NCBI GenBank assembly: GCA_023378805.1
Contig: JAMCSQ010000019.1
Span: 11,738 to 75,737 of the forward strand
Reading direction: 5' to 3'
DNA from: Candidatus Parvarchaeota archaeon
Lineage (GTDB): Archaea; Nanobdellota; Nanobdellia; Parvarchaeales; Parvarchaeaceae
Length of the DNA stretch: 64,000 nt
How positions within the stretch are numbered: the stretch's first letter is position 1; the number at the start of each line of letters is the position of its first letter. The notes under the pieces are model-generated. The model saw only the letters and a program-made list of their open reading frames with translations. It ran no database searches and was not told the origin of the DNA. Position numbers and translations under genes: made by a program. Positions 9,619 through 19,245 of this stretch are shown here, piece after piece.

Positions 9619-10273
9619 ATATACCTCCCTGGTCTATTCTCATAGGGAGCATTGACCTGTCATTATTTGTCCTTCTCATTTTTACTATCTGCATACTTCT
9701 ATCAAAATCACCGCCCAAACCAGTGTAGAAAAGCTTTATCACTGCGTCAGAGAGGTACTCCCCACTGAAATAAAGAGTATCATTATCCGAAACCTGTGGC
9801 TGTTCATCAGTAGCTATAGTCGTAACCTTTAATCCCTTTAATTCTGTTACTAAATCCAACATAAATTTACGAAATTTTGACTTATCATCCATATACATGG
9901 AGATTGCAGACAATGAATCTATTACGGCTCTAGAAACATTATTTTCCCGTATTATATCTAGTATTCCAAGATATTCGAAATTCACCGGGGAGTTAAATAA
10001 TAATATGAGCTTTTTTCTACTAATGAAGTCTTTTAGGTCTTTAAATCCAATAGCCTCCATGTCTGAAATTAAATCGTCTACACTTTCTTCAAAAGAAACC
10101 ATTAAACAGGTTTCACCATTTTTTAAACCTTCATATAAAAATGACATCCCAAGAAGTGACTTGCCTGCTCCAGGCCCGCCTAGAAGACTTATGACAGACC
10201 CTGCTTCAAATCCGCCACCTATCTTTTCATCGAGACCGTGTATCCCGCTAGGTATCCTTTTTAGTCCTACCAT
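9608..10273 (-). CDS. KaiC-like RecA-superfamily ATPase
   Basis: Begins with the typical KaiC-domain sequence IPSGIHGLDEKIGGGFEAGSVISLLGGPGAGKS, including the Walker A. Walker B LMVSFEE is present. Confidence 0.8.
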   Translation of the reverse strand: MVGLKRIPSGIHGLDEKIGGGFEAGSVISLLGGPGAGKSLLGMSFLYEGLKNGETCLMVSFEESVDDLISDMEAIGFKDLKDFISRKKLILLFNSPVNFEYLGILDIIRENNVSRAVIDSLSAISMYMDDKSKFRKFMLDLVTELKGLKVTTIATDEQPQVSDNDTLYFSGEYLSDAVIKLFYTGLGGDFDRSMQIVKMRRTNNDRSMLPMRIDQGGIYVK

Positions 10274-10341
10274 ATTGCTTTTATATATAGTATAGAAAGG
10301 CTTATTTAATAAACTTTTAGGTTTATCATTTTAGAGAAAAA

Positions 10342-11283
10342 TCAACTATCATTCTGTGTTTTTTCTTTATCTCCCTTGTTTTTATCAGGCAGATTCTTTA
10401 CATTGCTCTTCTCAAACAGATCTTTTATTCCCTCAACTCCTACAGGTGTAGGTATACTAAATCCTTTGCTGTCTGTCGGGATAAATATCATAAGATTCTT
10501 ACCACTTAAACTTATTTCATACATCATATTAAGCGACCTGAGCTGCATTGCGAACAAATCTTTTTTATATTTTAAACTTGCTTCTATAATTTTATCCGCA
10601 GCAAGTGATTCGCTCTCAGCCAGTTTAACTCTTGCCTGCTTTTCCCTATCTGCTACAGCAACCCTTGCCATTGCATCTTGTAAATCAGGAGGTATGCTTA
10701 CATCCCTTATTTCAACAGATATTGCTTCTATTCCCCAGTCTGACACCCGGTCCTGTATCAATTTCTTTACATCCTTACCTATTACGTCCCTGCCGGCCAG
10801 CATTTCTGACAATTCGGTTTTACCAATTATATCCCTCAAAGCTGTCTGTGCTGCCAGTTGAACAGAATCCCTGTAAATCTGAACATTCAAAACCGCATTC
10901 TCCGGGTTAAGGACTTTCCAGAAAAGAAGCGCATCGACATCTACAGGAACATTGTCCTTTGTAAGCGTTTTCTCTGCCTTGAAAATGGTATTAATTACCC
11001 TCAAATCCAATGTAACAGGAGTAGTCTGCACAAATGGTATCAAAATGTGTACGCCTGGCCCCAGTATACCAACATAATTTCCAAACGAAAGAACAGCTTT
11101 TCTATTCCATTGGTTGACTATCCTTATTGCAGCAATTAAAAACACAATAAAAAATAATACTCCGATTCCTATACCTGCATACAGATTAACAATAGAAAGC
11201 AGATAGCCTATAACTGCAGGTATAAGAATAACAAAAAGTATACCCAGTGCATCTCCATTAAAATTTTTCATCTCTGCAACCAT
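10342..11283 (-). CDS. SPFH/band-7 (stomatin/prohibitin-like) membrane protein
   Basis: N-terminal TM segment, then an SPFH core with the characteristic ending ...IRDVSIPPDLQDAMARVAVADREKQARV... and a coiled-coil tail. Confidence 0.85.
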   Translation of the reverse strand: MVAEMKNFNGDALGILFVILIPAVIGYLLSIVNLYAGIGIGVLFFIVFLIAAIRIVNQWNRKAVLSFGNYVGILGPGVHILIPFVQTTPVTLDLRVINTIFKAEKTLTKDNVPVDVDALLFWKVLNPENAVLNVQIYRDSVQLAAQTALRDIIGKTELSEMLAGRDVIGKDVKKLIQDRVSDWGIEAISVEIRDVSIPPDLQDAMARVAVADREKQARVKLAESESLAADKIIEASLKYKKDLFAMQLRSLNMMYEISLSGKNLMIFIPTDSKGFSIPTPVGVEGIKDLFEKSNVKNLPDKNKGDKEKTQNDS

Positions 11284-11364
11284 AACGATTAAACAAAATA
11301 TTGAGTTAAATAGTTTCTGCGTAAAAAATTAAAGTAATAAATAGCACAGGTTATTACAATTATT

Positions 11365-11847
11365 ATGAAAGGACTTTTTCCTTTAAACATAAAGCTTGGC
11401 CGGATACAGGGAGTAATTTCTATACTAAAGGAATATAACGGACAAATATCTCTGCAAGAACTTTCTGATGAGGCATTGGAGCAAGTAGATAACCTTGTCA
11501 ATGTACTTCAGGCCTGTAAATTGCTTGGATTTATAAAAATAAACAAGGGTGAGATAAAACTAAGTAAAAAGCTTGAAAATAAGAGCGCCCATGAAATAAA
11601 CCTAGAAATAAAAAATAATCTGTTGAAAATAGAACCATTTTTAGAAATAAAAAAAATACTAAGAAAAAACAAAAAGATAACAACTACAGAGTTATTTCAG
11701 GACCTGATAAAAAAAGGCGTGATAACATATAGGAATAATCTATCCGGAATAGAAGCATTCAAAAGAGACCTACTTGTGATAGGGATAAGGCTTGAGATAC
11801 TTACATACAATCATGAAAATGATATTTGGAAGATAATTAGCAGATAA
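11365..11847 (+). CDS. Hypothetical cytoplasmic protein; possible accessory or regulator of the adjacent ABC transporter
   Basis: 160 aa, Lys-rich, with no TM segment or signal peptide. Converges on the ABC ATPase gene with a 3-nt gap. Confidence 0.35.
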   Translation: MKGLFPLNIKLGRIQGVISILKEYNGQISLQELSDEALEQVDNLVNVLQACKLLGFIKINKGEIKLSKKLENKSAHEINLEIKNNLLKIEPFLEIKKILRKNKKITTTELFQDLIKKGVITYRNNLSGIEAFKRDLLVIGIRLEILTYNHENDIWKIISR

Positions 11848-11850
11848 GAT

Positions 11851-12597
11851 TCACTCGGCAAAGATTGAATATATCTCCTTTACCTTCTTTCTAAATTCAG
11901 TACTCCCTCTGTCCCTCGGACGTTTTATATCAATACTTAGTATCTTTTTTACAACTGCAGGTTTGTTTGACAATACAACTATCCTATCTGACATCTCAAC
12001 TGCCTCTTCTATGTTGTGAGAAACCATTACAATTACTTTAGGCAGCGTTTTCCTGTCCTTCAAAACCTCAACAACGGTTTTACGAAGGCTATTTGCAGTA
12101 AGCTCATCCAATGAGCTGAATGGCTCGTCCATTAGAAGCAGGGTAGGATTTGATACCAAAGCCCGCGCAAGCCCTACCCTCTGTTTCATTCCGCCACTTA
12201 AAAGATTCGGGTAAGCATCTTCAAAGCCTTTAAGCTCTAGTTTATAAAGCATTTCCAATGCAGTTTTTTCTCTTTCAGCTTCTGTTATCTGCTTTGAAGC
12301 TAGCCCTATCTTCACGTTTTCAAGGTTTGAAAGCCAGGGCAGAAGCGCAAAATCCTGAAAAACAAATGAGATATTGTTTGAAGGGCTATTTATTTTCTTT
12401 CCAGCCAATACTATACTTCCACTATCTGCCTTTATGAGACCTGCCATTATCCTCAGAAGAGTGCTCTTTCCACAGCCAGAAGGCCCTATAATAGAAACGA
12501 ATTCTAACTCATTTGCTGAAAAAGATATCCCATTTAGCACCGTCAATCCGCTTTTTGGATAGGTGAAATTTATTTTTTCAACATTTAGGAATGCCAT
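11851..12597 (-). CDS. ABC transporter ATP-binding protein, NitT/TauT (nitrate/sulfonate/bicarbonate) family
   Basis: Walker A GPSGCGKST. Q-loop. Signature LSGGMKQRV. Walker B LLLMDEPFSSLD. H-loop VSHNIEE. 248 aa. Confidence 0.85.
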   Translation of the reverse strand: MAFLNVEKINFTYPKSGLTVLNGISFSANELEFVSIIGPSGCGKSTLLRIMAGLIKADSGSIVLAGKKINSPSNNISFVFQDFALLPWLSNLENVKIGLASKQITEAEREKTALEMLYKLELKGFEDAYPNLLSGGMKQRVGLARALVSNPTLLLMDEPFSSLDELTANSLRKTVVEVLKDRKTLPKVIVMVSHNIEEAVEMSDRIVVLSNKPAVVKKILSIDIKRPRDRGSTEFRKKVKEIYSIFAE

Positions 12598-12599
12598 AT

Positions 12600-14099
12600 T
12601 TAAGAATAAACTGAATTTACTCTGTTATATAACCTACGCCATACAAAATAGTTTATAATGATTATCATTGCCACCATATTTGCAAGAAGAATACCCATCA
12701 AAAGAAGATTATTATTATCTAAAGACACATTTAATGCCTTTCCTATCCCTATAGACACTGAAGTTATAAGTTTGCTGCTACCCGCTGAAAAGTATTCGGC
12801 AACTATACTTGCATTCCACTCCGCAGCGATTCCGGTTACCGCGCCTGTTATAACTCCAGGCATGATGGCCTTTAGATATATCTTTTTCCATGCAACTATT
12901 CCATTAAGATGGAAAATCTTTTTTACTTCATTTATGCTTTCTGGCAGGTATTTTGTAGTTGCCACTATACTAAAGATTACATACCACAAACCGCTTAAAA
13001 AGTAGATCATAAACGCCAACAATTCAGAGTTTCCATAAACAAGTTCAGCTATTGCAGGCAGCAGTATAGTAGCTGGTATTGAAGCGAATATCTGGAATAA
13101 AAGAAGATATCTTTTTGTCTTGTTTGAAAGGAATACTACATATATGCTTAATGGGATTGAAACTGCAATTATTGCAAGGAAAGCGCCCCAAACCCTTAGA
13201 AATGAAAAGGCCAGCGACAAAATAGAATATCCTTCATATCCGACAATTTTGCTTAACAATTGTAAATTTACAAAAGGAATCACTTTGTAAATTAAAAAAC
13301 CAAAAAGCGCTGCAAGCAATGTATAAAAAACCAAATTGGCAAATACAGTTAGTTTATATCTGATTTGTTCATCCGGTTTTATCCATTTATCTCTGAAATA
13401 ATTAAATGTAAAATTGTCTCTTTTTCTTTTCTTGTAGTCCTTTAGATAATGCCTATTCGCAAACCTGTCAAACCTTTCAAAGAACAATAAGCGGGTTGCA
13501 ATCACAAATAAAACGAATACTATTATAGAATAAAGATAAAGATAGCTATTACCAGTTGCAGCCGCCTTTACAAATTCAACCCCTATTCCATGTTTTACTG
13601 CGTAGTTCTTTGTGCCTACCGAAAATATCTCACTTGTAACTAAGTAAAATAGCCCAATTGCCCAAGATAAACTCATCTGCTCAGACATCCTTGGAAGTGA
13701 CGCAGGTATAAATATTTTTTTAAGCCGCTGATAAAAATTAAGTCCATATATATTCGCCATATCTAAATACTCGGAAGGCAGTGATATTACTGCTTGATAA
13801 ACACCAAATATAATGTTCCAAAGCATACTTGTTATTATCAAAAATATAACTGCAGCATTTATCCCTACTGAACCAGGAAAATAAAATACAAAAAGGTATA
13901 TAGCAAACGGAAAGAACGCAAGTATGGGAAGTGTCTGTAATATATCGACAATAGGCATTAGAACCCTATTCAATTTCTTGGACCTTGCCACAGCTATGCC
14001 AGTAAACAAGGCTATTACCATTGAAATAGCCATGGCTATGAACATCCTTGTCCATGAGTATGCGGTGTCCAGTATGACTGAAAAAACCAGCTGTAACAT
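12600..14099 (-). CDS. Fused tandem ABC permease (two NitT/TauT-type transmembrane domains in one 499-aa protein)
   Basis: About twice the size of a normal BPD-type permease. Two hydrophobic halves, each with about 6 TM helices. The ATPase gene starts 2 nt after its stop. Confidence 0.6.
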   Translation of the reverse strand: MLQLVFSVILDTAYSWTRMFIAMAISMVIALFTGIAVARSKKLNRVLMPIVDILQTLPILAFFPFAIYLFVFYFPGSVGINAAVIFLIITSMLWNIIFGVYQAVISLPSEYLDMANIYGLNFYQRLKKIFIPASLPRMSEQMSLSWAIGLFYLVTSEIFSVGTKNYAVKHGIGVEFVKAAATGNSYLYLYSIIVFVLFVIATRLLFFERFDRFANRHYLKDYKKRKRDNFTFNYFRDKWIKPDEQIRYKLTVFANLVFYTLLAALFGFLIYKVIPFVNLQLLSKIVGYEGYSILSLAFSFLRVWGAFLAIIAVSIPLSIYVVFLSNKTKRYLLLFQIFASIPATILLPAIAELVYGNSELLAFMIYFLSGLWYVIFSIVATTKYLPESINEVKKIFHLNGIVAWKKIYLKAIMPGVITGAVTGIAAEWNASIVAEYFSAGSSKLITSVSIGIGKALNVSLDNNNLLLMGILLANMVAMIIIINYFVWRRLYNRVNSVYS

Positions 14100-14132
14100 A
14101 CAAGGATATGCTGTCCTTACGTTAAATTACTT

Positions 14133-14912
14133 CTATTTTGTCAAGTGGTTCTTTCTAAGTATAAGAGGGCCGTTATCTATCTGGTATTTTATGCCATTAG
14201 ATGAAATTAAATAATTTTCATTTTTATTTAAATATTCCATAACATTTGAAATAGGATCAAATAAAACTCTTTCATCCTTTTTGTTTCGGAGCTCTATCCA
14301 GCAATGCTCCGCTTTCTCTCCATATCTTTCAACTATCCCCATAACATAAAATGCCCTTAAACCAGTTCTTATTTTTTCCCTATTGAGCAAAACACTTAAA
14401 GTAATAGCAAATTCATGGCACAGAAACGGACCATCAATCAATGATTCTTCTAATAATATTGCCTTACCATTACGCTGATTGTTCCTTTCTAGATACAACA
14501 AATCAGCATTTGTCAGTATTCCTTTCTTTTTACTATAACTATCAGTATACTCCGTAATACGATAATGTAGCTGCAGGCGCACTGAATTTGCTATTGCCAA
14601 AACCCGGTCTAATCCTTTTTTATTCCCAGCTGCCAAGCTTGCAGAATTGTAAATTTGATATAGATTTGAGGATCTACTCCATACGTTATTTAAGTATATA
14701 CCATAAACTTCTGATAAGAATGGCTCTTTAAAATTTTTATTATAAAATTTAGTCGATATTTCATCAGTTAACCCAGCATTTAACACTATATCTCCATTTT
14801 TAATTTTGTTAGGATACTTTAAAACAATTTTATAATCACCTATCTCATTTAAGTTCACTTCTAAATTTTTGTGTTTACTTTGTTTAACAATGGCGAATAT
14901 ATTTTTAGCCAT
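14133..14912 (-). CDS. Transglutaminase-like cysteine protease superfamily protein
   Basis: Cys-His-Asp triad in the canonical context. The Cys sits in GPFLCHEFAIT (G-x-C-x-x-FA), the His in EHCWIEL (H-x-W-x-E), and the Asp in FDP downstream. Confidence 0.5.
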   Translation of the reverse strand: MAKNIFAIVKQSKHKNLEVNLNEIGDYKIVLKYPNKIKNGDIVLNAGLTDEISTKFYNKNFKEPFLSEVYGIYLNNVWSRSSNLYQIYNSASLAAGNKKGLDRVLAIANSVRLQLHYRITEYTDSYSKKKGILTNADLLYLERNNQRNGKAILLEESLIDGPFLCHEFAITLSVLLNREKIRTGLRAFYVMGIVERYGEKAEHCWIELRNKKDERVLFDPISNVMEYLNKNENYLISSNGIKYQIDNGPLILRKNHLTK

Positions 14913-14949
14913 TTACTTTATATAAAGAGATAATATATAAATTTTTTGA

Positions 14950-16215
14950 TCAAATCTTGTTTCCGAAATCTTTTATTTTATTACCATCAACATATGCTTT
15001 ATTGAATACAAAAATGGAAGATAAAGTAAAGACTATACTTAATATAAACGTAAATATGTAACCCAGATAAAATGACAAAAAGCCCGAAGAAACTGCCCCA
15101 AGAACACCGGATAAACCTATTATTGCAGACCAGAGTCCTATATAATGGGCCTCCATCTTGCCAGCTATATTTACATAGATTATGACCGAAGCAGAAATGT
15201 TCCAAAGTGCATATCCTAAGCCTGCTACAAAATATGAAAAGAGATTGAGATAAAAAACGGCAGTCAATAACAAAATAGAGATTATTGCAATGAGATAACT
15301 TGTTGATCTTACAACGGTAGAAAGCCTATAATATCTTCTTAGCGTATTCTTTGCTTTTCCCAACATAAAAATCATATAAACAACAACTTGACCGAAACCA
15401 TTCAGCATGTTTATAAGGAATATATCCGAATAAGATATTTTGTAGGAATAAAGAAACGGAATGTAAGAAGTATTAAAAAGATAAATTCCAAAGTTTACAA
15501 GAGCGATGGCAGCAAATATAATCATTATCCTTACTGTCTTTTTTCTCTTTCTTATTTCCGCAACTTCCAGTATAAAATGGTGGCCTGCAAGTATTTGTGG
15601 AAACTTGCTTAGTACATTCAGTATTGGAAACATTCTATGTAAATGCTTCTCCTTTTCTTCCTTAATTCTTTGTTTTTCTTCCTTTATGAAAAAAATAGTA
15701 AATATCAAAGACGCTATATTGAATGCAAATAGTATCAATAGATATCTTGCAATTACATCGCTGAAAAGCAGTACTCCAGGTATATACCCTATTATGTTAC
15801 CTATTATGCTCATCAAGCCATATACCCCATAATAAGACCTTAATACGGTCTTTTTCCTCCGGTTCATTATGAGCATATTTATAGCAGGGGAGGAAGCAGT
15901 TAAGATAAAAGCATAAGCCGCGTAAATTATTACTGCCAATAGTATACTTTTCAATAAATACAAAAGTACTATTAAAGGGATAATTCCAATAACAGAAAGC
16001 ATTATAAACAACTTTATCTTTCTAAGACGCTGTGTAAGCTCTCCCCAAAACAAAGAGGCAGGTATAACCGCAAGAGAATAAGCGGTAGTGGCAAGACTTA
16101 CATCAACCACATTTCCGTGTAATTCCAATATATATAGTGGGATTATTACACTGAAACCAGATGAAATAGCCGCAATTGGAAATATAATTGAAAGCCAATA
16201 CTTATCCTTCTCCAT
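14950..16215 (-). CDS. Major facilitator superfamily (MFS) transporter
   Basis: 421 aa with about 12 TM helices in a 6+6 arrangement. The central cytoplasmic loop KEEKQRIKEEKEKHLHR is basic. Confidence 0.55.
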   Translation of the reverse strand: MEKDKYWLSIIFPIAAISSGFSVIIPLYILELHGNVVDVSLATTAYSLAVIPASLFWGELTQRLRKIKLFIMLSVIGIIPLIVLLYLLKSILLAVIIYAAYAFILTASSPAINMLIMNRRKKTVLRSYYGVYGLMSIIGNIIGYIPGVLLFSDVIARYLLILFAFNIASLIFTIFFIKEEKQRIKEEKEKHLHRMFPILNVLSKFPQILAGHHFILEVAEIRKRKKTVRIMIIFAAIALVNFGIYLFNTSYIPFLYSYKISYSDIFLINMLNGFGQVVVYMIFMLGKAKNTLRRYYRLSTVVRSTSYLIAIISILLLTAVFYLNLFSYFVAGLGYALWNISASVIIYVNIAGKMEAHYIGLWSAIIGLSGVLGAVSSGFLSFYLGYIFTFILSIVFTLSSIFVFNKAYVDGNKIKDFGNKI

Positions 16216-16280
16216 TATAATATTCAGCCCTTTTTAGCTTAATAAATTAATTTAAACGAAGAAAAACAAATTATATTTAT

Positions 16281-16715
16281 ATGATAAAAAGTCAAAAAAT
16301 AATGATAGGTTTTGACGGGTCTAAATATTCAAAAAAGGCTGTCAAATATGCTATTAATAACTTTAGCAGAAATAGCACAATTTATCTTGTTTATGTAGAA
16401 GAAATGCCTGCACCGTTGTACCTGTCTAATCCAAGTCTCTTTATAGATGACAGCGTAATTAAAAAAATCAGAGAAAAAACTAAAAAAGAACTTAAACATC
16501 AAGTTGATATGATAAAAAAGAAGAGATTTAAAGTAAAGTATGAATACCTAGAAGGTTATCCCCCTAATCAGATAATAAACGAAGCAAAGCGTAAGAATGC
16601 AGACATAATAGTGGTAGGAAGCCGAGGAATGGGAAAATGGAAAAGCTCCGTCCTTGGATCAGTAAGCCAGACATTAGCTGTGATTAGCAAGATTCCCTTA
16701 CTGATAATAAAGTAA
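16281..16715 (+). CDS. Universal stress protein (UspA family)
   Basis: Starts IMIGFDGSKYSKKAV. The C-terminal ATP-binding motif is ADIIVVGSRGMGKWKSSVLGSVSQ. Confidence 0.8.
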   Translation: MIKSQKIMIGFDGSKYSKKAVKYAINNFSRNSTIYLVYVEEMPAPLYLSNPSLFIDDSVIKKIREKTKKELKHQVDMIKKKRFKVKYEYLEGYPPNQIINEAKRKNADIIVVGSRGMGKWKSSVLGSVSQTLAVISKIPLLIIK

Positions 16716-16716
16716 T

Positions 16717-17214
16717 TTAAGGCAGATACTCCCAGAGGTAATAATCCTGCTTGGCCCAGTAATGCTTTAATTTCCCAACCTTCTTAAAACCCACTTTTTT
16801 TAGAAATTTCTTTGATTCTTTATTTGAAATCAATGAAATGCATTCGATGTTATATAAATTATACCTCTTAGCATAGTCAATAATATATCGAATGATTGAA
16901 AAGCCTACACCCTGTCTTCTATGCTCTTTGTTTACCACTAACCAGTCAATCTTAAGTAGATTCTTCTTATAAAGTTCTAATGCGCATGCTCCTACTATTT
17001 TGCCATCATCTGAATTAGCAGATATAAATAGATAAGATGAATCAAAAATTTTTTTATTGTTATAAAACTTTAGGTATTCAAACTTGCTTTCATTATTTTC
17101 CACAGGATCTACTTTAATCCAGGCCCTTAAGAACTTTATTATGTCCTTACGCTTATTTTTATCTTTTTCCAGTTTTATATTAAATGCTATTCTTTCCTTA
17201 ATTTTAAATTCCAT
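16717..17214 (-). CDS. GNAT family N-acetyltransferase
   Basis: Acetyl-CoA binding motif HRRQGVGFSI (R/Q-x-x-G-x-G/A). Followed by the NKESKKFLKKVGFK block of motif B. Confidence 0.8.
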   Translation of the reverse strand: MEFKIKERIAFNIKLEKDKNKRKDIIKFLRAWIKVDPVENNESKFEYLKFYNNKKIFDSSYLFISANSDDGKIVGACALELYKKNLLKIDWLVVNKEHRRQGVGFSIIRYIIDYAKRYNLYNIECISLISNKESKKFLKKVGFKKVGKLKHYWAKQDYYLWEYLP

Positions 17215-17356
17215 TCATTATCATACTTTATTGAATAAAAATATAGATATTTAAATTTATTAGTAATATTTTTATCTATAATTTCTTTAACACAATTTAT
17301 GCTTTTATACTTAGTTTTGTTTATACTTAATACAAAGTAACTTTTTGTAGATAGAT

Positions 17357-18256
17357 TTACTTTCTTCTTTTTAATTTTCCAATCGAGCCGCTCGTCTTTA
17401 TTAAAACCTTGATTATCTCACTTCTTGGAAGATCATCAGATTTTGATTTACATACAGAATTCACCGAAAAAACATTACTTTTATTCGCAAAGCTAGTTTC
17501 AGATATAAATATCTCAGGCTGTCCTTTTATAAAATTTAATTTTTTTAACTCATTCTGAACGTTTCTTATAAAAGTACCTGGATCTATACTTGATGGTACT
17601 TCATACCTAACTTTTACTCTTCTATATTCCTCATTATTAAGAAATATTGATGCCTGTAATACAATGCTATTTGGGATTTTTATAGGTATATTATTATCCA
17701 AACGGATTGTAGTGAATGTTAATGTCATCTTTTCCACTACTCCGGTATAACCTGGAACAAGAAAATCATTAGAAAAAAATTTTGGTGGATAACTTGGAGC
17801 TATTAAACCATACTGCCATGTACTTAAAGTTATATTGTCTCCAATGTTAAAAGGCTTCGAAAAAAGAAGGACTATGCCACTAAAAAAGTTCGAAAGAGAA
17901 GCCTGCGCAGCCAATCCCACTACAACTCCTACAAACCCTCCACCCAATATAATAGAAGTTAAACCTATTTTAAAGGAAGCAAATGCAATCGCTATTACTA
18001 TTATGTATCCAGCTAACCTAACAACAAAAACTATTGTATTGCTGACCTGTTTATTCTTATTGTTTGCCTTTGCTTCGATTATATCACTTACAAAATTAAC
18101 GATTAAAACGCCTCCAGTTAATATAATGAAAATATCTATTATCTTATTAACATTCTCAGGTATACCTGATATTAGGCTAACGATGTATGCTATTATAGAG
18201 AATATCACTAAAACCGAAATTATAAAATAAATTTTATTCTTAACTTTTGCATTCAT
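17357..18256 (-). CDS. Small-conductance mechanosensitive channel (MscS family)
   Basis: 3 N-terminal TM helices. The pore-helix signature is GVVVGLAAQASLSNFFSGIVLLFSKPFNIGDNITL, followed by a beta-domain. Confidence 0.7.
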   Translation of the reverse strand: MNAKVKNKIYFIISVLVIFSIIAYIVSLISGIPENVNKIIDIFIILTGGVLIVNFVSDIIEAKANNKNKQVSNTIVFVVRLAGYIIVIAIAFASFKIGLTSIILGGGFVGVVVGLAAQASLSNFFSGIVLLFSKPFNIGDNITLSTWQYGLIAPSYPPKFFSNDFLVPGYTGVVEKMTLTFTTIRLDNNIPIKIPNSIVLQASIFLNNEEYRRVKVRYEVPSSIDPGTFIRNVQNELKKLNFIKGQPEIFISETSFANKSNVFSVNSVCKSKSDDLPRSEIIKVLIKTSGSIGKLKRRK

Positions 18257-18290
18257 TACCTTAAATAAAATTCATTATATAAAATCTTTA

Positions 18291-18680
18291 TTATTTGCTT
18301 TTAATTAACTGCTGATTCTTTCCCAATACCATAATTATTGATATTATAATCGATTCTGCAATTATTATAGTTATCAATAACCCATAGAGATAAAAGTATA
18401 TTTCAAACAAAGGCGAGGTAAACAATCCTGCAATAAGAAATAAAGTAATTATAGCAGGAGACAAAAAAAGCACTGAGATTTTCCACCAGTTATTCTTAAA
18501 CAAGGCTATTCTCTGAGTATTTGCAACCCTCATCTTGCTGAATCTATTGAAGAAAAGGGCCATAGAAACAACTAGTAGCAATGCTGCTATCGATACCAGG
18601 ACTATCGGGATTATAAATCCTGTAAATGGGTTTACTACTGATGTATTTATTAAAATTGCACTAGTCATAACTAAAAGCAA
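18291..18680 (-). CDS. Hypothetical polytopic membrane protein
   Basis: 129 aa with 4 TM helices. Overlaps the upstream membrane-protein gene by 20 nt. Confidence 0.3.
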   Translation of the reverse strand: MLLVMTSAILINTSVVNPFTGFIIPIVLVSIAALLLVVSMALFFNRFSKMRVANTQRIALFKNNWWKISVLFLSPAIITLFLIAGLFTSPLFEIYFYLYGLLITIIIAESIIISIIMVLGKNQQLIKSK

Positions 18681-19215
18681 ACCTCGCCAGGTATTTTAAT
18701 GATATACTTATAATTGATAAAGCTACCAGTAAAAATGCAACTGTACCAAGTATTACACCCAACAAAAAGGATACTGTTGTATAACTTGTCAATATGCTTA
18801 CAAAAAACGCAGCTATTGCAAGCAGCACAAATACAGAAGCCAAAATAAGCATAGAAAATGGATTATTATCCCTGTTAAGATTCAATATCATCGTAACTAT
18901 TGGAGCATTATCCTTCCTATGTCTAAATAATGCTATGAATGATATTAATCCAAAGAAAAGTACTGAAATCCCTACAACTATATCTATTCCAACGAAAACG
19001 TAATTTATATCAAAAAGATAATTATAGTTTGCTGGCCCTGTTACACTTACTGCACTCGCAGTAGGAGCAGCATAGGAAATAGACGAAATTTTTGGATAAA
19101 CTGCAAAAAAGACAAGAATTAAGCTAATTATTACCAATATTGCAAATCCAAATTTTACATAGTTTAATTTGTTTGAGACGGTATAGACGGAAACGTCTTT
19201 TTTTGAACTTCTCAT
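18661..19215 (-). CDS. Hypothetical polytopic membrane protein
   Basis: 184 aa with 4-5 TM helices. An AA-rich predicted extracytoplasmic loop YAAPTASAVSVTGP is present. Confidence 0.3.
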   Translation of the reverse strand: MRSSKKDVSVYTVSNKLNYVKFGFAILVIISLILVFFAVYPKISSISYAAPTASAVSVTGPANYNYLFDINYVFVGIDIVVGISVLFFGLISFIALFRHRKDNAPIVTMILNLNRDNNPFSMLILASVFVLLAIAAFFVSILTSYTTVSFLLGVILGTVAFLLVALSIISISLKYLARFAFSYD

Positions 19216-19245
19216 ATATAATAAATTAAATGAAAATATAAATAG

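Noticed and set aside
10376-11139. Three plus-strand ORFs (161, 92 and 93 aa) overlapping the SPFH/band-7 gene
   Set aside because: They are antisense to a confidently assigned SPFH-domain gene, with Ser/Leu-rich low-complexity products.
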